From Acanthaster planci (taxonomy: Eukaryota), in the NCBI RefSeq assembly GCF_001949145.1, contig NW_019091362.1, forward strand, positions 62,001 through 126,000: a stretch of DNA of 64,000 bases. Reading direction: 5' to 3'. Below the pieces are notes generated by a model. The model was not told the DNA's origin, did no database searches, and was given only the letters and a program-made list of their open reading frames with translations. A program made the position numbers and the translations under genes. Below, one piece after another: positions 53,312 to 64,000 of this stretch. Within the stretch, counting starts at the first letter, position 1; each line of letters opens with the position of its first letter.

Positions 53312-56300
53312 GCAGCATTAGTTTAAAGAGCTTCAGTTGACGTGATGCAAGTTTGAAGTCAGCAGGCTGAGTAACCTGGGCACTGTGGCCTCTGTTGGCC
53401 AGAGTAAGGGAGTATGAAAGCCTCATAACCTCCACATTTGGCCTATTGGTCAGGGCCACTGGACAGTGTACTGTAGGGCAGGTAGGGCACGTGAGCGTGT
53501 GCATGTACATGTACACTAAGTCCATGGCCCCACTGTATTCATATTGTAACATCAAATAGACCGTTTCACTGTGTTGTCCGTCTGAGTATTACAGTTTTCT
53601 CTTTGTCTTATTTTTCTCTAAATCACCTCAAAATGACTCATCCTAACACAGAGTCAACCCATCTGTATTCACACCCTACATGTACCATGACCTATCTTTC
53701 CCCAAAAAAGATTGGAGCTAAAAAATTCAGCAAGAATAAAACCCTGGCCTGTATGGTTCAGGGAGGTCCTTTGTTTAGAAGGCATCAACTCCCAAGGACA
53801 AATGCTCAAGCTATCTCTGTGTTAGTAATATGATTGATGGCGATCGGTGTTCATGATGATGTCTTGTTTGGAGCTTTCTATATGATTGTTGAGTCATCCT
53901 GTTTTATCCAAACTCGTTATCCTTGTAAATGAAGGCATGCACAGAGGCATGTTGGTGATATTTGTGATACATATAGCTCCCTTGGGTACAGTGTTTTGTA
54001 CTCCTTCTATGTCATTGCCTGTGTGTTGTTGTGAGAAGTACCTTGGTGAAAGACAACATTGTTAGTTAATTAACAAAAAAATACATTTTATAACATTGGC
54101 CATGTCTTAATTTGTCTTTGATTCGAGTGGATGAAAAAGAAACTGAAAAGACAAAAAAAAGATGAATTGCAGTTTCAATGTACATGTACATCCATTTACA
54201 TGTAGATGGATGTATTGGTACTGTACTTGTACATTAACAGAATGAACCAGCCACCATCTACATGTACACTTTCATCTTAGTCCATGCTATGAAAACAATA
54301 ATCACAGATTTCCAATCAAGCTGTCTGAATTACAATCCAGACCATTGCAGCTAAAAAAGACAGGCACGTGCAGCTTGTGAGCAGTGCATGCAGTTTTGTT
54401 GACACTGCTACAGTACATGTACATATAATTTAGTAAACCTCAGCTTTTCAATGTACACCAACATGTGTGAGCATGGATGATGCATGGAAGATTCAGGCAT
54501 ATTGGTACAAGACAGGTGAAGAATGAGCTGTCCTTGTCCATGTCCAAAATAACAGGTGTTCATGTACATGTATGTTCACATAAGTTGAAGCAAGTGTCTG
54601 ATGTAGCAGAACAGGGATTGCTGGTGTACGTGTACATGTACTTGGATTGAATGTCAGCATGGACTGTAAAGTCATTAGCCCCAGTTGCAGTCACTGTTCA
54701 AGGTGTACTGAAGTTTACCCCGACTCTCATCAATATTTCCTTTCCAACAAGCTACATGTATCTCTATATCTGATGTTCTAGGTACATGTACAGGTAACAG
54801 TTTCTGCATACGTACCTTTTAACCTGCTATTGAAAAAAGAAAGAGCCATCTTGGTGTTCCAAAATACTAATGCTTAGAATCAAGCTTGACTAAGGTAATT
54901 CAGGAACAGCACTATTCTTGCACAAGGTCTCCCATATCATTGTTGCCATACATGGACTTGCATGCATGCTTCATTCTCAAATGACCTTGCCATTTTGAAA
55001 TACTGGGATTAATTATTCTGTCCCCTCTACAGATCCAAAGGGATTCAGCAAAAGTTGCCTGTTCTTGGATCTTGCTTGATTCAACGCAGTAGAAAATAAC
55101 AAATTAAAGAGTTCAAAGCACAACACACACATGTCCCGTCATTCATTTTTAGATGTGACTGAGGCTGAAATGCACATCTGCCAATTCTTGTGTCTTAATA
55201 TCATTACTCAGACAATCTTGAAGGGTGACAAATGTAGCGGGGAAATGTAAGATCGGTGCGCAATAGTTTCTGAGTGAAGAAATGAAAGGAGATCAGTCTG
55301 ATGAAAAGGATGCAGTCAAAAAGCTGGAAATGATTGCCAGGATATGAGAATTAGGATACAAGAAGGATGAGTGAAGTGTGAAGGGAGGATGGGAGAAACC
55401 TGAACCAAGTACCGAGGGGGGATGCGGTAAGAATCTGAAAGCTGAGATTGCGCATCCACAGGTCTTGACTGCGCCCTGTGGCCATTTCAATATTAGCCCT
55501 GAAGTGGAATCATGGTAGAGAGGCAGCAGTACAAACATACCACAGGGAGCGGGCAACTCTTCATTAGCAGAGCTGGGTAATCTAATATGGCTTGACCACT
55601 GGGTTTTGGTGATTGGGTGGGGGGGGTTGTCAGGACACTCAGATGACAGATTGGTGGTAAAGGCTGGACTCCTGGAAATAGTGGATGGAAATAAGGTCTG
55701 TGGTGAAAGACGAGTTTAGGATGACCACTTAAAACCATAAGAACACTCTAATAAGCATAGCGGAGTTTAGGATGTGACAATGGTAAGGCAGATGTGCCAA
55801 AGAAAAGAACAGTGAACCTACTACCTGCCAACATCTTTCAGTTCTTGAAATAAATGTAAGCCCTGCAGGAAATAGAAAAATTGTCATGTTGCATTTGTCA
55901 TTTCTTTACTTCTCCTCTGGGAATGTAAATTTGATTTTTGCTGCCTTGTGTCATTTTCATAGCTCTAAGAAATTACACTTTGGAAAAGTAGCGGGAAAAA
56001 AGTAGTCGAAATGAACTTGATTGCATTTCAGCTACTGATCACCACTCAGCTTTGGTTGCTGCAATTTTAATTGCCATCTGCATGTAAGTTGGAGGAGGTT
56101 GGCCTTGAATTAGGTTAGTGGTTGAGGATATCATCTAACAATCCCAGGTCTTCCACTCACTTAAGATTGGCCAATTAGATTAGAATTGGAGAGCTTTCTT
56201 ACAGCGGGCCTCTTCGTGCAGATTGGTCCAGAAATCTTGCCTCTACAAATAACCAGAACGTAGCCTGGTTATTTATTGTCCAGTACGGTCAATTTGATTA

Positions 56301-58949
56301 TTTCCTAGTGGTCATCACCCATTTCATCCACTGACCACTTTTAATGGCCTGAGTGTATGCGCTCTGTGTAACTCGTCGAGGATTTTGTAATCAGAATGCT
56401 TTGATTTCTTGTTGCATTTCCTTTCATGTTCCACTTCACCAGTAGTACCAGGTTACAGTCATTCTCATATTGCAATGGTATTTTACCATTCTCATGTTAC
56501 TTCAGAGGAAATCAAAAAGCCCTTTTAAGATGAAATTGCACCCACATTAAATTTCTGTGAGCAATTTGGATTCCTGTCCGGAAGACTTTGTTGAAATACT
56601 GCCGGTGTAGGTGGTCCATCATGAAAGGTAGTCTTTCAACCAATCAGGGATGTACATGTACAGTTCCTGACAAGTTAACTCTTCAATAAGTGAGGCATAC
56701 ATGTACAGGTAAAGCCCTTCAAACTTGGACACGGATAACACTGTCTCTGGAAAGAGCTATTCATGATTTGATTCCACTCAAGAAATCCACATGTACATGT
56801 AGGCCTTGAATGATAGTCATATTTTGTCATAAGAAATTGCATTCTGTTTCAAATGGTTAATTGTTTTGAATATTCTGTTGATGCAGAAAGTTTCAAAGTT
56901 AACATAACTGCTGTGTTCCCTATCATAAAAGGTAGTCTGTTTAAAATATAGAAAATGTGTTGCTTTGCATAATTGCATTTCTTTTTATTAATACTGTTAA
57001 ATTTGAAGTATAAGAATTACTTTCCCTGGCTCATTGTTCCTTAATGTCACCATGCTTGACAGTTTCCAATAACCCAGTTTATTATTAGCTCCTAGGTGTC
57101 AATGTACCTTTGTACCCACCTGAACAGCAAATCACCTTCAAGCTGCTGTCATTACTGAGTTCCCTTTGCCTAGATACGTGGGAATGATCCCAGCCTTCAT
57201 CCCAGTGCATCACTTTACACTAAGGTGATTCTATTTTGGAGTGGTTTTTTCTGCCTTGGTGTCCAGCCCTTTCTTGTTCCCTCTGACTAACCTAATTGAC
57301 CTCTCGGCACTGTTTGCAACAATATTGGTTTATATTAATTTTAGGCATCATGTATTATTGCTTTGGTAAACACAAGGTTTATTAAATATAAGTCACCATG
57401 TCTGTATACGCGTAAGTATATTCTGCTGGTCTTGGAGCAAAGGACAACTCGTTTTTTTCTTGAACATCTGATATTTGTAACATAAAATGCTTGTGATTGA
57501 AGGCTTTATTTTATAAATTAACAGAAATTCAGCTGCTAGAGCTAAGCTGAACTGAAAGCATTTTTTTTGCAACTGACGTTTGCATCTTAGGCTTGTTATA
57601 TTTTTAGGCCAAGTCAGGTACATTACTTGTTCATTTATGTGTTCTGGTTTATAATTATATGTGAGGAATTAATAGTGAATGATGCTTACTCAGGACTAGA
57701 AGCAAATGTTCTTCCTCTCCAAAGTCCAATCTATGTTGTATAGATTTGAAGTAGTAGCCTGCTCAGTCAAATGCCAGGTCTCCTTTGTGTGAGCCACGCT
57801 TGCTGCATGCTTGGTTAGGGACAAGGCGATGCTTGATTGGAGACTATTGCAATGGCACATCAGGTAGCCAGCTGTCAGCCTTTTTTATGACTTGTTCTGA
57901 GAGGAGACGGAGCGTGAACAGATGCCTGGCAGGTGAAATGCACTCATCCTAGCGGTATTTGCAGCATTCTGAGGTAGCACATATCGAAATGAACAAATAA
58001 AAGTGACAGACAAGAGAATCAACGATTCTCAGATTTGAGTGTGTAAAAGACAGCTTCTGCTTATGCTCAGAAAAGTAACTCACAGTGTTCTGATACCAAG
58101 TTATTTATCACTATAATGGTGCCTGTTAAGTGTCACAGCTGGTAAATATTAACTCATAGTTGCAAATCATTCTGTCCTTTGAATGTCTTTAATACCACAC
58201 AGATCAATCAAGCCTATCTAGGTGATCTCATAAGGTTCACCTGTACAAGTGTACCTCTAATCGACACTTCATAGCCAGTTATTACCACTTATCCCTTAGC
58301 CTAGCTGGACTCGGTAGCGGTGGCTTTCATCTTGGCTGGAATAACCTTCACAAAGGGATCAATTACATTTTCTAAACACACTAAAGAATGCCACACATGT
58401 AAATTCTCAAGATATTAGCCTTTGATCCTGCTTCAAGTATCCGACCCACCTCCTTTTACACAACTGCAGAGAAGGTCATAAAAGTAATGTTCATTCAACT
58501 CAACTTTAAGGATGTATTTCATTTTAGAAATTGGCAATTCTTGAAATCCTTATTTCTACATGTATAGCTTTTAGTAAAGTTGTAAACTTCTTGTCTTTTT
58601 CCTATCTGCAGGATTCCTTGCATGTTATCCTATGAGTTGCATCTTTCGTATTAAATAACTACTTAACATATTTACCAGACATGTAAATTAAAGAAGAAAA
58701 TATTCAAATTTTGCCACTTGAAAGAGATTTAACCATGCTTGTTTTCCTGGCATGGTTTGCACTCCTGAATAATGAAAATGTTGTTCCTCATTTGACACAA
58801 AACTATGCAGTTCCAGTGCCCATTTTATGACAAAAGTTGATCAGGTTTCCTGATCCTTCTCACTAAATGCCCTAATCAATTGCTATAATTATGAAATGTT
58901 GATCAGATGATGTTAGATTTTTTGACAGTGACAGTTTGCATCCAGCAAG

Positions 58950-59260
58950 CCACACTATGGGGTGGCTTGTCATGTGAGACCAATTTGTTCCCACCTTCAG
59001 TCCCAGCTCATGATTATTCCAACAACACCATTCTCTCAAGAGCTCCTCAGTTGTAGAGGGTACTGAGTACAAGACTCACAGATCGGTTTCAGAATTTGTT
59101 GTAGCAGTGTTGTTGAAGTGAGGAGGGCCTGGTCAGTTGACAAATCACTCCATGAGGTAGAGACTGATCTCAGGTATGGAAGGTGCTTGAGCCTGAGTTT
59201 AGGTGTGGGTTCTAGGTCATTGGCACCCTGAGGTGTGAAGCAACTCATCTAGTGTCTGCA
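58950..59260 (-). mobile_element. Possible Penelope-like (GIY-YIG) remnant
   Basis: Minus-strand fragments HLPYLRSVS, TTLLQQILKP and VLYSVP occur in the order expected for the PLE linker/GIY-YIG region (LPY..G.S; TL.Q.L; VVY.IPC). Frameshifted. Confidence 0.35.
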
Positions 59261-61681
59261 CTCCAGACCGTAGCATCCATGATCTACTCCTCTTCTCCTT
59301 GAAGCAGATTTGAATAATCTGTGAATTGTGCTGTTAAAGCTACTGTCATTACTGATCTGTTGTCAGTTTGATGTTTTTCTATGTCTACTTTTAATAGTTT
59401 TAGTATTTTGACATTAAATGGCATATATCAAGATACATGTAATAGTATTTAGTCCTGGAAAGATACAAATTTTGCCATTGTTATTTGCCCTCTTTCGGAG
59501 GAGATATTTCACTAGAGCAGTGAGTATTTTTAGAATGAGCTTTTTTATCGTTTCTTTGTTCATTAAGCCATAATGCATAATCTTCTACTTCTTAGTGCAT
59601 ACCTTTCAACTATTTCAAATTTACATCTCGACTACTCAACCAGCTTATTTTGCTTGGCTGGTGAATTTGAATCCTATTAACCTGTAGGTACAGTACAACT
59701 GCTGCAATCAGTGATCATAGTGTTTGTTTGTCGTTCATCCTTGATGGGTTGAAGTGGGAAAAAATAACAGATGGGACTGTAATGTACATGTACATGTATG
59801 TGAAATCACATCCACATCACACTTTCATCACTGCTCAACTGCCAGAGCCTATTCCCTGGGAATCTCCAAACCCCAATCAAAGCAAACTTCCCCACTATCT
59901 CACAATGCTGACCTGGTTTCATGTGAATCCTGCAGCCCAGCACCAGCTGTGTGTGACTTCCAGACAGTGTGTCATTTTCTTTTTTTGAGGGGAGTTAACG
60001 GCATGGATATTAAGAGTCCATCTTTACAGGGACAGGTGGCGAGTAAACCCCTGCTAATCTCAGGGATAATGTTCCCTGGGTGGGGCATAAATGAAGCAAG
60101 GGTGAGTAATGTTGTCATGCAGTCAGAATGGCTATATTGTCAGAAGGCTGATTCTGATCAAGTGAAATCATGCCAGGAATCTCATCATGTCCTTGAGGCT
60201 ACACTTTGGAAAATTCATAGTTATTAAAAATCTGATATCTTTCTGTTTGAACTTGCTTGTTATGTCTCTATCTCCTTAATGGTTGAGAACATTTCACTTC
60301 ATTTCTCTTTAGACATTGTAAAAGGCAATAATTTAATTAATGATTTCTTAAGATCTCTCACTTATGTAACTATTTGAAATCTGTTCAAAGCGTTCCCGTT
60401 CTCGACAAGCTTTGCTTCCTATGGGATCCCTCCACCTCTTTAGCAGTTACCTGTATATATTTTCTTCTGCAATACACTACATATCCAATATTTGGTTGTA
60501 TGTGGAAATGAAGTGAGATTGGACTGACCATGGACCATGTTTCATTTTTTATTCTGTCGGGTAATATATCATTTTGTACCGATTGCCATCCCAAATTTGG
60601 AAAGTGTAAGGTTGCAAAAATTCAACTCAAGACTCCTGCTGAAGGCACTGTGTTCCTCATTCATCCATCATCCAAAGTAATATTGAAATCATTTGTGCAT
60701 TTGTTTGGGTTTTCCAAAAGCTATGTAAGTGTGAATGTGCAAATTGCGAGGTAGTTTGACAGAGGCTCTGTGCTTGATTTCAACCGGTGTCTTCCTTGAT
60801 TGCAGAGTCTGCTGGTACTGACAGATCCTGGACTGACAATTGATTGTTAACCTATATCCAGTGATTAAATTACTCCTTGCAGGGCTTGTATGCTGGTACC
60901 TGCATGCGTGTCGCTTCCTGAATTGGGTCAGTGTTTGTGTGGTTTGAATTGCAGGTTGTTTGAAGAGAACATTTGGAGGGTTGATTTTTGTTTCAACATT
61001 CCTATGTGGAAAATAGTTTTTGTCTTTATTTAACTTGTTTTTGTACCTCATTTCTTAAAAAATCTTTGATATCTGTGACCTTAAAATAGAATACATTTGT
61101 ATTTTTATTTTCATGTTGAAAATCTTTATACTGGTATGCTATCTTCAATGCTCATTTCTATCTGTTTAAAAGGAATATAAATAATTGAAAACTCCAATAA
61201 CTATACATGTACCTATCACTGATCCTAAAGACCCCAGTGTCCAGTAGTTTTTGCTCTCTGCATATCATGCGTACATCATTGCAAATATTTATGAAGCAGA
61301 CAAGTGCAATGTACATGTATGTACGGTATGTACCGCTATACATACAAAAAATAAACTCAGCGTTATCTGATGGGATGTCACTCAGATTATGTTCTTTGGA
61401 GAAGATTTGCACATCGTAAGCAAGCATTTCTAGAGACACTTCAAAGTTTAGCCTTCAAGATACCCATGTTTTAATAAATGCCTAGAGCCATTTTGCAACC
61501 ATCTGAACCTTTTTTCTCACTCTGTTTTTGACCACTAGTTGAGAGTCAGTGATTTTCCTATCATTAGCCAGAAATCTATGACTTTTTAACATCTAGTTTG
61601 CCAATTACTCAAATCTAATATGTCTTTCTGACAATCTCAAAAGGAGAGAGCACATACAGTGTACCTTCCAGTGTCCTGCTC

Positions 61682-61996
61682 NNNNNNNNNNNNNNNNNNN
61701 NNNNNNNNNNNNNNNNNNNNNNNNNNNNNNNNNNNNNNNNNNNNNNNNNNNNNNNNNNNNNNNNNNNNNNNNNNNNNNNNNNNNNNNNNNNNNNNNNNNN
61801 NNNNNNNNNNNNNNNNNNNNNNNNNNNNNNNNNNNNNNNNNNNNNNNNNNNNNNNNNNNNNNNNNNNNNNNNNNNNNNNNNNNNNNNNNNNNNNNNNNNN
61901 NNNNNNNNNNNNNNNNNNNNNNNNNNNNNNNNNNNNNNNNNNNNNNNNNNNNNNNNNNNNNNNNNNNNNNNNNNNNNNNNNNNNNNNNNNNNNNNN
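61682..61996. other. Assembly gap (315 N)
   Basis: Run of N. Confidence 1.
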
Positions 61997-63850
61997 ATTC
62001 AGCATCTCTGCTTTGTGTTAACTCATTTCTTCACAGAATTTCTTTGTTTCAGATTCACGGGGAGAGGGACATTTCTGATCTGTTAAAAGAAATAAAAGAA
62101 GAAAAAGAAATCCTTTGAAATCAGAGCTGTGTGTAATTGTTGGTTGTGATCCGCATTCCATCCTCCGTACGTCGTTGCATATTGAATTTATGATAAAAAA
62201 AATTACTGGTTTTACCCTTACCCAGAGGGATAATTCTGTCATCTTGAGTGACCATAGCTGATCTCCCCTAGAGCATTACAGTCCATCTTCATGTTAATCC
62301 TATCTCATCTTGCCTCTGGAGGCAGGAACCACGGCAGATCAATGCTGCTGACCATGCCGATATCCAGAGGAAGAGAATTAGCTGGACTGGCATCCCTTGC
62401 CTCTGGTGAAATGGGAAGCTAACGTCGTCGCAGTCCTGGCGCCAGTATCATGATTTACATTCTAAAGTTGCTGCACAGAATTTCCAGAACTCAAAAATCA
62501 GACAGATGGATCTGGCAAAGTAAAGTTAATTTCTTTATTTTGGAGACTGGCTTTAGTGACTACTGTGTCTCGGATCATTTTTCATCTTTCATCCAGCTAC
62601 AAGGAAACAATAGATGAGAATAAGATGTTATTTGCTTAAGGAAAACCTAGCAAATCGATTTGCGGCAAGCAGTTTTCATTTCTACCTACATGTTGTACAT
62701 TTACACATGCTTGCATTCAATGTTATGAATGCCTAAATTTATGAGTCAGTCTTGCGTTTTCCAGACATAGGCTAATCCATTCGTCAGAAATGACCCAATT
62801 TCAGAAAGTGCAAGCTTGAATGCTTCCTGCACGTCTACATTGCGTACATTTTGTGTTTGGATTGTTTCCATGCTCATTCATTGGTCCAGTAAAAAGAAAC
62901 GAAGGAAATAAACCAAGCGTCACTGACAACTTAGCAGGATAATTTGATTTCATAAATAGCCCCAGGGATTTAATTTACTTAAGTGCTGCAAGGGGACTGC
63001 GGCTGTCCATATGTCTTTACGACTGGGACTTGTCTACACATTGGCTTGGGTTTGTTTGCACAGATAGTGTAGAACTGAATTCCTGGCGTGGAGTTAAAAT
63101 TAATTCAATCATGAAATTGTTTAAAAGTCTAAATGATTCACTGTTGATTGACATGGGTTTGTATGCTTGTAATTATTCATGCTTGGATTTGTTCATTCTT
63201 GGCACATCACAGTTAAGGAGGATGGACCATCTACCAGTAGTGCATTCTATTCGGTGATTGTTTAGTAGATCATTTTTCTGTGTGATAAATTTGTAGACTC
63301 CAGGTTAGTAAAATTTCCATTCTGCATTGAACAAGGCAGCAATAAAAAAATTCTCTTTCCAAATTGAAAATAAAATTGATCATTTGTCAAGTGAGATTCA
63401 CAATCAGCAAATGCACATTGACTTTAACAGTTATGAGTTAACATTTTAAGCACATTCAGTGGTATAATAATGACTGTAAATTAATTCCCGAGGCCCAGAA
63501 CAGGTGGAGATGAACTCCATATGTTGTATTATGTAGGATGCATGTGTTATGTAATGTCTTTGCTCTTCAATTCCTGTCTCTAGAGGACCCTTATCTGTTC
63601 AGCATGAAAACTATTCTTTACCTATTGTCCATTCTCATCTCATGTATGTACAGTATATTGTTAGTTTCTGAGTGATCCTACCAATGCCTGTGTGTTGTAT
63701 TGTCTGTCCTCATCCCATGTCTGATGCAGAAAACCCCCATCCTCGCTAACAATCAAAAATGCTTTTCTCGAATGTGTTCTCTGTCCCCCCCTCTTGTCCT
63801 CACCTCCCGTTGTCCACTCGTATCTCATTGTATGTGTCGTTTTCCTTCAG

Positions 63851-64000
63851 GCATTGGAGGTGATTCATCCCCAGAAATGTCACAAAGAAATGACGGCATT
63901 TCTGAAACCGCGCGAAATGCCGTCTCCACTTCATTAGACATCTGTGCCCCTCTGGCAATGTGTATGTCCCTTGTCGCCACGGCGACTTATCAGCACCATC
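63851..64000 (+). CDS. Exon running off the window end; function unknown
   Basis: Long polypyrimidine tract (about 63775-63847) ending TTTTCCTTCAG|. CpG-rich. Only one frame is open to the end: (G)IGGDSSPEMSQRNDGISETARNAVSTSLDICAPLAMCMSLVATATYQHH. Confidence 0.55.

Noticed and set aside
55200..55760. Penelope/LINE remnant; similar faint traces at 16700-16900, 25500-25800 and 28620-28870
   Set aside because: Too degraded to assign without a profile search.

Overview
Eukaryotic (invertebrate, probably echinoderm-like; an inference from the repeat and gene types), AT-rich, CpG-depleted genomic DNA with two assembly gaps. The window is almost all intron. A few tiny + strand exons (15789-15858, 31924-31991, plus candidate alternative first exons) encode a coiled-coil N-terminus resembling NCKAP5. 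Nested antisense in one intron is an intact, coding-intronless gene for a secreted C-type-lectin + PAN/apple-like protein (36869-37666). The rest is a transposon graveyard. It includes a dead Tc1-like transposase with an unusual DD47E spacing, a 780-bp non-autonomous hAT with a perfect 8-bp TSD nested in a tandem array inside a foldback element, a MITE with perfect 26-bp TIRs and a 4-bp TSD, a 477-bp palindromic MITE, a tRNA-containing repeat family, a hairpin element inserted at a TA, and decayed hAT/Gypsy/Penelope remnants. The most striking unexplained pattern is a dense, grammar-like family of TA-[CA/CAG/CAC/CC]-[TG/CTG/GTG/GG]-TA motifs (TACATGTA, TACAGTA, TACCGGTA etc.), often chained. 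These look like serially stacked Tc1/mariner excision footprints. All family assignments come from reading motifs by eye; no database search was run. Most short ORFs in the supplied track are spurious.
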